Shown here: positions 25,852-36,600 of the stretch, one piece after another
Position numbering within the stretch: the first letter of the stretch is position 1
How the letters are laid out: the number at the start of each line of letters is the position of its first letter
Assembly (NCBI GenBank): GCA_051313645.2
Contig: JBNRSN020000001.1
Location: 496,434,001 to 496,498,000 of the forward strand
Length of the DNA stretch: 64,000 bases
From: Centroscyllium fabricii
Taxonomy: Eukaryota
Reading direction: 5' to 3'
Made by a program: the position numbers and the translations under genes
Notes under the pieces: generated by a model
Database searches by the model: none
What the model saw: the letters and a program-made list of their open reading frames with translations, nothing else
Told to the model about the DNA's origin: nothing

Positions 25852-27059
25852 GGGCAGAAGTTTCCTCGGGCCATGGGGCGGGTTTTTGGGTGGGACTGCA
25901 ACGAAAATCGCAAAAGCGGCGTCCGCGACCCGTCCTACCCGTTTCCCGCATGTTTGTCAGTTTCACCCGGTGGGACCGACTGTTCCGCCTCAGTCCCACC
26001 CGGCATCGGCGGGGATGCTCGTTAAGCTCATTAGGGGCCCTTAATTGGCATCGGTAATGCCATTTTAAGAGCCCCTTGCACCTTTCACCCTCTTCCCACC
26101 TAAAACCCGCCTGGTGGGAACTCCGCTGTTGAAACCTGGCAGGCACCCAATCGGCTGGGTGACTGCCACCTTCAAGGCATGGGTACAGCAGCTACACAGC
26201 AGCTTGCTAGCCTCCAACATGCTGGAGGTGCAGCTGGCACCCGAGGGCCTGCGTGGCCGGCACCGGGCGCATCGTGGCTGCAGCGCCTGGTGGGATGGAA
26301 TGGATCAGACTGGGACCAAGGACATTTAATAATTGGGGGATTGCATGTTTGCATTTCGTTGTTTTGTGTATGTTCACTTTACAATGACAATAAATTGAAT
26401 CTTATCTTATCTTAGGGTGCCAAACTTCAGTGCCCAAAGAACTTAAAATCACTTACCTGCAGATGCGTCCCAGTCATTCACAGACATCGCGCTGTGAGCT
26501 GTGTCTGTGAAGCAAGCTGTCAATCACCCAGGGGATCAGTTTCTGTTTACATTCCAATGAAATCACAGCCAGCTTACTTAAACCTGTCACTCTTAGATTT
26601 GTGGTTTCATCTGTTTACATAGCATTATGACATCATAATGCTGTGAAAACAGAGAAAGAAAACAACCATTTTACAACTGTCAATGAGACTTTGTGGTTTC
26701 TGAGCTATTGACACAAGCATTAGTCACAATGCCTTCTTTCAACATTAAAAGAAAACAACCACTTCACAACTATCAATCAGGCTTTGTGGTTTCTGAGCTA
26801 TTGACACTGCATTATGAATCACAGCATAGAAACTCTTCAGGCCTGTCAATCAAAAGCCCGCCGGTGGTTCACAAACTGGAAGCACGCCCCACGCTTCCTG
26901 ACTGAAAGGTGTGTATTCAAAACGGTTCTGACAGGTGGGAATTTAATTGGCCAGTTGAGGCAAAATTACATCGGCCTCCCAGGCCCTTGAGCGGGTGGGT
27001 CAGAAACCTGACCCGCCCAAAATCTGCCAGGTTCCCGCACCTTGAGGAACATTCTGCCC
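25852..27059. mobile_element. Non-autonomous Harbinger-like TIR element
   Basis: TIRs GGGCAGAAGTTTCCTC / GAGGAACATTCTGCCC with a 3-bp ACT duplication. Internal ~92-bp tandem duplication at ~26655-26830. Confidence 0.6.
26147..26414 (+). mobile_element. Short 3' fragment of a non-LTR retroposon
   Basis: Ends in AATAAA followed by a (TCTTA)3 microsatellite tail. Family not determined. Confidence 0.45.
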
Positions 27060-27370
27060 ACTAAGTCACTTCCAAAGGTGAGCACAGATCTATCCAATAA
27101 GTCAAAGTGTTGAAAATAAATATTTCAATGTTTGACAACACATTACTAGAAAATTTACATTAACATTACATAAAACACCCAAGTGCCAACCCTTGTGTGT
27201 TGTTAGTTGGTATGATTGGACTAGAATGAGGGCAAGTGTGAGTGGTGGCTACTGAGATGGGGGAAGTGATAATGTAGATAGAGAGGGATGGGTAGAGGTG
27301 CAAGGTAAATTGGTGTGAGTAAGTATGTGTAGGGTAGGGAAGGCAGAGTGATGGGGATGTGATGGGGATG

Positions 27371-27774
27371 GGGCGGCACGGTGGCATAGTGGTTAGCACT
27401 GCTGCCTCACAGCTCTGGAGACCCGGGTTCAAATCCAGCCTCGGGTACTATCTGTGTGGAGTTTGCACATTCTCCCCGTGTCTGCGTGGGTTTCCTCCGG
27501 GTGCTCCGGTTTCCTCCCACCGTCCAAAGATGTGTGGGTTAGGTTCATTGGCCAGGATAAATTGACCCTTAGTGTTAGGTAGATTGAATATGTGGGGTTA
27601 CGGGGATAGGGTGGGATATGTGTCGGTGTAGGCTCGATAGGGATCGAGGGATGTGGGGAGAGGGCAGGGGCGGGTTACTGGGTTTGGATGATCAGCCATG
27701 ATCTCATTGAATGGCGGAGCAGGCTCGAAGGGCCGAATGGCCTACTCCTGCTCCTATGTTCTATGTTTCTATGT
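27371..27774 (+). mobile_element. HE1-type V-SINE (tRNA-derived head, V domain, CR1-derived tail)
   Basis: Head GGGCGGCACGGTGGCATAGTGGTTAGCACTG with A box and GGTTCAAATCC B box. V domain GTGGAGTTTGCACATTCTCCCCGTGTCTGCGTGGGTTTCC; tail shared with CR1. Confidence 0.9.
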
Positions 27775-27829
27775 GATGAGTGGCACAGCCAGATGAGGTT
27801 GGGCGTGGATTTGCAGTAACATTTTGTGA

Positions 27830-28025
27830 TCCACTGAGATCATTGAAAGGTTTGCGCAGCTGCAGCCTGGTCCTCCTGATGACATCCCTGCTGGTGTCCT
27901 CCTGTGCAATGTGCAATCAAGCTGCGTTGGTGTCATGGGAAGGTCTCTTCCACTTGGAAGGGAAGGGAATCTCCCTGCATGCTGTGACTCTCTCCATAAG
28001 CACCTCAATGCTGCCGAACACTGAC
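27830..28025 (-). pseudogene. Myb/SANT-like DNA-binding domain remnant (Harbinger ORF1 type)
   Basis: Manual translation: IEVLMERV...PFPSKWKRP...AA*LHIAQE...RRTRLQLRKPFNDL. Matches the AWxxIA...RTxxQCRKxFNDL pattern, with the W codon mutated to a stop. Confidence 0.65.
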
Positions 28026-28097
28026 AGAACAACTGTCAAAATGAATGGCCATGGTCCTTTTAAGGAAATCGGATGATGACGGGTCATCAAATGACAC

Positions 28098-31000
28098 TGT
28101 GGGAGTCGGCAGACTACCTACTCGCGTTTTAAAAGTAAAAAGACGCGGGGTGCGGGAGCACAGGTACAACACGTCTTTATTACATCTGCTCAGGTACAGA
28201 ACTGTTCGAAAAGCCCGCGAAACCGCAAGGTATTCTGGGGCACATGAATCAACATGAGTGGCAGTTCCTTAGGCCACTGAGGGACCGAGGCTGGCAAACC
28301 GGTTGTCCAATCGGACCGTGGGGGCGGGACCAACTATAGCATGGGGATTATGTCTGAGAGGGGAAGCCCTGGAGGCTTCCCTGGGAAGTGCCGCTACATA
28401 CGCCCCCCCAGAATCACCATGTACATGGAAGGTCAGCCTGCGGGGAGGTTTGACCAGGCGGCCGGAGCGCGTGTGGTACCCCACGGTCGTGTCCGGGATG
28501 GGGCTGGGGTCCGGCCAGGGCGTGGCTGTGGTGGGCGGTGCCGGCGTGGCCACCGGGGGTGGCGAGGGAGGGGGGAAATGGACAGCCAGTGGGGGCTGGG
28601 GGTTGGGCGGGCATGGGCTCGTCGGCGGGGTGGACCAACCCAGCGTGGGGAGCAGGGGGGCATGGGGCGGACAGGGCGGGGTCCACGTGTGCTGCCTTCA
28701 GCCTGTCGATGGACACCAGGTCCTTCCTCCCGCCGACCGCGTGGAGGAAGGCTTTGTCCCCTGTCTCCAGGACGCGGAAGGGGCCAGTGTATGGTGCCTG
28801 GAGTGGCGTCTAGTGGGCATCCCAGCGCACGAAGACAAAACGGGCCTGGCGCAGCTCGGCGGGCACGTGGGTTGACCGGGGCCCGTGGGATGACATGGTT
28901 GCGGGGAGCAAACGGTGGTCCGGGTTGTTGCTGCGGGCCAGCTGTTCGGCCGCCGGCCAACCCTCGGTGGCAGAGGGGAGAAATTCCCCGGGATGTGGAG
29001 GGGTTGGCCCAGGACCAACTCGGCCGAGGAGGCGCCGAGGTCTTCCTTGGGGGCCGATCGCAGCCCGAGCAGGACCCAGGGGAGTCTGTCGAGCCAGTTG
29101 GCATTGGCCAAGCTGGCGGGGAGGGAGGCTTTGAGGTCGTGGTGGAACCGCTCGCACAGGCCGTTGGACTGGGGGTGGTAGGCCGTTGTGCGGTGTAGGG
29201 TGGTCTCCAGGCCGGCGGCGATGGTGCCCCAGAGCTGTAAAGTGAACTGGGGGCCCCTGTCGGAGGTAATGTCCAACGGAACATCGAACCGGGCCACCCA
29301 GGCGGAGATGAAAGCGCGGGCCACATCTGCCGCGGTGGTGGAGGACGGGGATGACCTCGGACCACCGGGTGGTGCAGTCCACCACGGTGAGGAGGTGTGT
29401 GAAACCCTGTGAGGGGGGCAAGGGGCCGACCAAATCCACGTGGAAGTGGTCAAATCGGCGTTCGGGACCGGGAAGTGTTGGAGGGGGGCCTTGGTGTGAA
29501 GGTGCACCTTGGCACGTTGGCAGTCGGGGCAGGTGTTGGTCCAATCCCACAAGTCCTTGTGCAGGCCGGGCCAAACGAACTTGGCGGACATGAGCTTTTG
29601 GGAAGCTTGCATGCCCGGGTGGGAGAGGCCGTGGATCAGGTCGAAAAGCTGCCTGCGCCATGAGGCAGGGGCCTGGGTTGGAGCACAGAGGTGTCGCATA
29701 ATAGCGTGGTACCTGCCACGTGGAAATGGACGTCGGCCAGGATCATGCCCGTGGCTGCGGAGTAGAGGGCCTGGACGTCAGCGTCCGCCCGTTGGGCCTG
29801 CACCATGTCGGCGTAGTCGACTCCGACCTGGACCGCGTGGAGAGAAGACCGGGAAAGGCAGTCGGCGACGACGTTGTCTTTCCCGGACACGTGGCGGATG
29901 TCGGTCGTGAACTCGGAAATAAAGTTCAGGTGGCACTGCTGGCGCCCCGACCAGGGTTCGGAGACTTTGGTCATGGCAAAAGTGAGGGGCTTGTGGTCAA
30001 CGTAGGCCGTGAACGGGCGGCCTTCGAGGAGAAAAGGGAGTGTCGCACCGCAAGGAAAAGGGCCAGCAGCTCCCGGTCGAAGGTGCTGTATGCCAGTTCG
30101 TTCTTCCGCAGTTGTTAGCTGAAGAACCCGAGGTTTGTACTCTCTGGAGTTTAGAAGATTGAGAGGGGATCTCATCGAAACGTATAAAATTCTAACTGGT
30201 CTGGACAGACTTGATGCAGGAAGAATGTTCCCGATGGTAGGAGAGTCCAGAACCAGGGGTCATAGTCTAAGGATAAGGGGTGACTCATTTAGGACGGAGA
30301 TGAGGAGGAATTTCTTCAGCCAGAGGGTGGTGGGGCTGTGGAATTTGCTGCCCCAGAGAGCTGTGGAAGCTACTACTTTGAATAAATTTAAAACAGAGAT
30401 AGACAGTTTCCTGGAAGTAAAGGGAATTAGGGGTTATGGTGAGCGGGCAGGCAAGTGGACGTGAGGATAAGTTCAGATCGGCCATGTGATCTCCTGGACT
30501 AGTTTTCGATCGCTTAGATGGGTCGGAGAGGAATTTCCCAGATTTTTTCTCCCAAATTGGCTACTGGGTTTTTTATCTGGTTTTTCGCCTCTCCCGGGTG
30601 ATCACATGTGTTTGGGTGGGGTGGAGAGTTAAAATAAAATTGAGGTTGGGATCAGATCAGCCATGATCTTGTTGAATGGCGGAGCAGGCTCGAGGGGCCG
30701 ATTGGCCTACTCCTGCTCCTATTTCTTATGTTCTTATGACCCATTGACCCACTGCTGGTGGACCGCACCGATGGCGAGGTCCGAGGCGTCGGTGGTGAGC
30801 GCCAGTGGGGCGCCCGGGATGGGGTGGGCCAACAGTGTGGCTTCAGCAGGGGCCGATTTGGCTTGGCTGAAAGCCTCTGCCATGTCGGTCATCCAAGCCA
30901 GGGTGTCCTTACCAGTTTTACTCCTGGTGGCCTCGTAGAGGGGGCACATGGTGGATGCCACGCCGGGGAGGAAACAGTGATAAAAGTTTATCATTCTGAG

Positions 31001-33223
31001 AAATTCTTGGTGCGCCCGGACTGTGGTGGGGCGGGGGAAGTCCGTGACCACCTGGACTTTGGCCGGCAGCGGGATGGCGCCAGCTGCCGAAATCTGGTGC
31101 CCTAGAAAATCGATCTTAGTGATGCCGAATTGGCACTTCACCGGATTGATAATCAGGCCGTGCTGCGATAACCGCTGGAAAAGAGCGCGTAAATGAACCA
31201 CATGCTGTGCTTTGTCCGCGCTCGCAACCAGAATATCGTCCAAGTACACATATAGGAAGTCCAAGTCCCGGAGGACTGAGTCCATAAGTCGTTGGAACGC
31301 CTGCACCGCGTTCTTTAGGCCGAACGGCATGCGCAGGAATTCGTAAAGTCCGAAGGGGTGATGACCGCCGTCTTCGGGATGTCATCGGGGTGTACTGGGA
31401 CCTGGTGATAGCCCCGGACGAGGTCGACCTTGGAAAAGATCGACTTACCCGCCAGTTTGGCTGAAAAGTCTTGTATGTGTGGTACTGGGTACCAGTCTGG
31501 TGTGGTGGCGTCGTTGAGGCGTCTGTAGTCCCCTCATGGCCTCCAGCCGCCACCGGGCTTGGGGACGATGTGGAGCGGCGATGACCATGGGCTGTTGGAG
31601 GGGTGGATGATGCCGAGCTTCTCCATGGCCAAGAACTCCTCCTTGGCCGCCACCATTTTCGTGGGGTCCAGGCGCCTGGCGCGGGCGAAAACTGGCGGGC
31701 CCGTGGTGCAGATGTGATTCTGCACGCCATGCTTGGCCTCCACAGCCGAGAAGGTGGGCTGTGTGATTGTGGGGAACTCGGTCAGGAGCTTGGCAAATTC
31801 GTGGCGGGAGGGTGAGGCGCAGGAGCTCACCAAGGTCATGCTGTTACTCTGCTGGCAGGGCAGGGAGGCGAAAGTGGAAGCGTCCATGAGGCGCCTGCCC
31901 CGGACGTCCCCGAGGAGGCCGTGGGCACATAGGAAGTCTGCGCCGAGGAGCGGTTGATCCACGGCGGCCGTAACGAAGTCCCACGTGAAACGCTGCCCCC
32001 CGGTGCTTACCAAACGTAATGGCGGCGCCATTGACTGCCACGAGGGGCGGGCCTGTGGGGCCGGCTTGGCGGTCGAGGTGTATGGCTGGAAGGATGCTGC
32101 ACTGGGCGCCGGTATTGCAGAGGAATCGGCGCCCCGAAAGGGAGTCCGTCACAAAAAGCAGTTTTCCTGTCGAACCAACGGGTTTGGCGGCGGCTGGGCC
32201 CTGTCGGCGGCATGGTGCTGCGGCAAGCTGTGCAGGCACAAACGAGCAGGGTGGCCTGCAGCGCCCAAACCGTGCGTGGTAATAACACAGGCCCGCCTGC
32301 GGTTGCGGCGTGGGCCTGCGGTTGGGTGGAGAGAGCCTTGTGGCTATGCATTCTGAGGTCCCACAGAGCTGGATGCGGTCCACCGCAATCGCCAGGTCGG
32401 TGTAGGAGAGGCCCTCCAAGTTCGCCAGGGCCGTTTGGATCGACTGCGGTAGCAGGCTGATGATTAAAGCTCGGAACAGGGGGTATCCTCTGTGGTCACC
32501 AAGGAGGGCCAGCATCCTGTTCATGAGGTGCGTGGGGGTGGAGTCCCCGAGCCCCGGGAGGTCGAGGAGCCGCCGGGCCCGCATGTCCTCAGGTAGGTCG
32601 TGGGCCTGGAGCAGGCGGGCTTTCAGGGCCTCATACCTGTTGGCCTGCGGCGGCTGCCGCAGGAGGTCTACAATGTCCACTGCTACGTGGCTGGGCAGTG
32701 CTGCCACAACGAGGAGGTAGCGATCGGCATCGCTGCTGAGTCGTCTGAGCTCGAATTGGGCCTCTGCCTGGAGGAACCACGTGGCTGCTTGGTGTTCCCA
32801 GAAGGCATGGAGGCTGAAGATGCAGGGTCGGACGGCCATGGTTTCGGCGGCCGGCGTTGGGTCGGCCGCGGGCTGTGCATTTGAGTTGGCTTCTCTGGGG
32901 GCCGACATCAGGGGTCACCAATTGTAGGAGTCGGCAGACTACCTACTCGCGTTATAAAAGTAAAAAGACGCGGGGTGTGGGAGCACAGGTACAACACGTC
33001 TTTATTACATCTGCTCAGGTACAAAACTGTTCGAAAAGCTCGTGAATCCGCAAGGTATTCTGGGGCACATGAATCAACATGAGTGGCAGTCCCTTAGGCC
33101 ACTGAGGGACTGAGGCTGGCAAACCGGTTGTCCAATCAGACCGTGGGGGCGGGACCGACTGTAGCATGGGGATTATGTCTGAGAGGGGAAGCCCTGGTGG
33201 CTTCCCTGGGTAGCGCCGCTACA
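28098..33223 (-). mobile_element. Full-length CsRn1-clade Gypsy element H, decayed; LTRs 28098-28398 and 32923-33223
   Basis: 301-bp LTRs, 4-bp TSD ACAC, PBS TGGTGACCCC (tRNA-Trp type). Gag 31844-32908, RT YLDD at 30734-31330, integrase ~28400-29700. Confidence 0.95.
30134..30738 (+). mobile_element. 5'-truncated CR1 3' end inserted in the RNase H of element H
   Basis: ORF YSLEFRRLRGDLIETYKIL... and (TTCTTATG)2 tail. About 7 bp of H is missing at the site and there is no TSD. Confidence 0.92.
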
Positions 33224-33688
33224 ACACCATCAGACCCGCTTCCTTTTAATTTGCCGGGTACCTCGCAGGGTGGGCTTAACAAGCCCAATCAATGTAAAAT
33301 CTTTTTCAGAGTGGCAGGAGCCGTGAGCAGGACCAGGACCCGCCAATGACCTCTCCCACCGCGATCCTGCCTCCGATGGCGAAATTACGGCCAAGGATTC
33401 TGTTTGCCTTTTGCATAGCTTTATCTACTTGCACTGCCACATTTAAGGACGAATGTATCTGCACATCAAGGATCCTCTCACCATTTAAAAAGGGAAAGGG
33501 TGAAAGGTAGTTTCTTGGACTACAAAGGTGTGAGAAGTATTCTACAGGGGTTTGTGTTGGGGCTGCCCTTTTTTACTATATGCATAATGATCTACACTCG
33601 GAACTGAGGGGACAATGTGCTGATAACACTAAATTATGGAGGTATAGCAGATTGTGATGAGAATTATGAAAGACTGCAGGAGAGCATA

Positions 33689-36600
33689 TGTGGTAAGCAT
33701 GTATTTTACCACTTGTATATAGTACCTGTATACCTGTAAATATCTGTCGGCTGGGACAGCCCCACCCCTAACTCCTCCCCTCAGGTTGGAGTACATAGGT
33801 GGTTGCTGACCAGCCCCCACTCATTCTTCGCCTTGACCTCACCAGGAGACCAGCTCCATTCTTAGTTAATAAAAGCCTGTAGTTTAGGTAACTACTCGTA
33901 TTTGTGTATTAATTGACGATACGTCAATTTTGTTAACTAAATTTTGAACATGGAGAGCAACGCAGTGAAACCGGACCGCCTTGACATCAATCCTCAGGCG
34001 CCCGATGCTGCAAATAATTTCGAACACTGGTTTGGCTATGTCGAGGCCTACATGAAGGCCGTGAAAGTGACCAGCGATGAGGACAAACTCCAGGTACTCT
34101 GATCGAGGATCAGCGGCCGGGTGTATTCCTTCATCCGAGGCATCAAGACTTATAAAGTAGTAGCCAAGAAGCTGAAGGACAGCTACATGCATAATGATCT
34201 ACACTCGGAACTCGGTTTACGCCAGGCACATACTGGCGACCAGAAGACAACGACTGGGTGAGTCGAATGAGGAGCTCCTGTTAGCGCTCCAAACCCTCGT
34301 ACGGGCCTGCGACTGCCAGGCAACGACAGCAGAAGAAGGGGCAAATCTCCGAGTCCACGATGCGTACGTTGCAGGACTCGGGTCCAGCCAGGCCTGACAA
34401 CGGCTGCTGGAGCAAGAGACACTGTCGCTCAAGTCTGCCATAACGCTCTCAAATGCGGTAGACGGGGCGCTTAAACGGATGGACGCGTACAGGGAACACA
34501 ACTCCCACGCAAGCCCACCTAACCTCTGGGCGCCACAGGCACAGGCCGAAGACCCAACGGCAGCAGCGGCTGCTGCGAAAACGCCGGCGGGGCCCAGATG
34601 CTACTTCTGCGGCCAGGGAAAACACCCGCGGGCGCTATGCCCTGTGAAGAACGCGACCTGCGTGCAGTGTGCAAAGATGGGACACTACGTGAAAGCCTGC
34701 AGATCCAGCCCGGCCTCCAGGCCCAACAGCGCGGCCTGTGATATCAGCGATGCCACTCCGTGGCCACAGGTACGGTGCTGCAGCATGACCCATCAGCGGT
34801 CAGCCGGGGGCAAATCGCGGGCGCCACCATCCCTCCTAAAATAACGGCGGCAGCCGGCCGTGCGCGCGGCACAGGCGCCGCCATCTCCAGCGCGACCGCG
34901 CCCAGCCATGTGCGACCCCCCAGTGCCGCCATCTTGCCCACAGCGGTCAGCTGCGTGCGAACCACGGGCGCCGCCATCTTGCCCACAGCGGTCGGCCGCG
35001 TGCAAACCACGGGCGCCGCCATCTTGCCCACAGCGGTCAGCCGTGTGTGAACCACGGGCGCCACAACATCAGCCGGACACATGCGAAACGCCAGCGCCGC
35101 CATCTGCCGAGCGGCCATCTTGCCAACCGCCCCGGCCGGGGCCCCAGCTAGCGGAGGGCCCCCACACACACACACACAACATCGGCCACAGCCACTGTCG
35201 ATCAGGCCAGGCTGCACACATTGTCCAACTCAATGATGGGGATAAAGGTGGAGGGGCATGCCACTAACTGCCTGTTTGACACCGGTAGCACAGAGAGCTT
35301 CATTCACCCCAACACAGTGCGGCGCTACGCACTGCAGACCCAGCCCACGTACTACCAAATCTCCCTCACCTCAAAGTCCCACAAGGCGGACATCAACGGC
35401 TACTGCAGCGTCACGCTCACCATCAGGGACCGCACTTACCGTAATTTTAAGCTGTACGTTCTCCCACAGCTGTGCGCCCCAGTATTACTGGGACTGGATT
35501 TCCAGTGTCACCTGAAGAGCGTGACGATGGCTTTCGGTGGGTCCCTGGCCCCTCTCACCGTCAGTAGCCGGGACGATTCCAACCTACCACGGAGCTCGGC
35601 TTGCGGCCTGTCCACACTGAAAGTCGACCCCCCCTCACTGTTCGCCAACCTCGACCCCAAGTGCAAACCCATTGCAACCAAAAGTCGGCGGTACAGTGCA
35701 GGGGACCAGGCGTTTATCAGGTCAGAAGTCGACCACCTGCTGAAGGAAGGGATCATTGAGGCCAGCACCAGCCCCTGGCGAGCCCAGGTCGTAGTGGTTA
35801 AGACATGCGAGAAGCTGTGCATGGTCATCGACTATAGCCAGACCATTAACGGCTACACCGGGCTCGACGCCTACCCACTCCCCCACATCTCAGATATGGT
35901 GAACCAGATCGCCCAATAGAAGGTCTTTTCTACAATCGACCTCAAGTCGGCGTATCACCAGCTCCCCATCCGGAACTCCGACCACCAGTACACCGCATTC
36001 GAGGCGAACGGCCGGCTCTACCACTTCCTCCAGGTCCCCTTCGGCGTGACCAACGGAATGTCAGTGTTCCAAAGGGAGATGGACCAGATGGTTGACCAGA
36101 ATGAGTTGCAGGCCACTTTCCCTTACCTGGACAATGTGACCATCTGCGGCCACGACCAGCAGGACCACGATGCCAACCTCGCCAAATTCCTGCACACGGC
36201 GAAACGGCTGGACTTAACGTACAATAAAGACAAGTGTGTCTTTAGTACGGACCAGCTCGCCATCCTCGGCTACGTAGTGGAAAACGGGGTCCTCGGCCCC
36301 GATCCCCAGCGTATGCGTCCCCAGCAAGAGCTGCCCTTACCTCACAACCTCAAAGCCCTGAAGAGATGTCTAGGGTTTTATTCTTTTAACGCACGTTCCC
36401 CAGTATGCGGATAAGGCCAGACCTCTCCTCAAGTCCAAAGCCTTCCCCCTACCGGCAGAGGCCCAAACGGCATTCGCTCGGATCAAGGAAGACATCATCA
36501 AGGCGACCATGCACGCCGTTGATGAGTCCATCCCTTTCCAGGTGGAAAGCGACGCTTCGGACTTCGCCCTCGCTGCCACGCTTAACCAGGCGGGCATGCC

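Larger units (their letters stand above)
25287..33392 (-). mobile_element. Decayed PIF/Harbinger-like DNA transposon hosting several nested insertions
   Basis: Degenerate terminal repeats (TGTCTAAATTTTGCC / GGCGAAATTACGGCC) and an internal Myb/SANT remnant. Boundaries are tentative. Confidence 0.45.

Noticed and set aside
27371-27445. tRNA gene
   Set aside because: The A and B boxes belong to the SINE head and continue directly into the V-SINE body.
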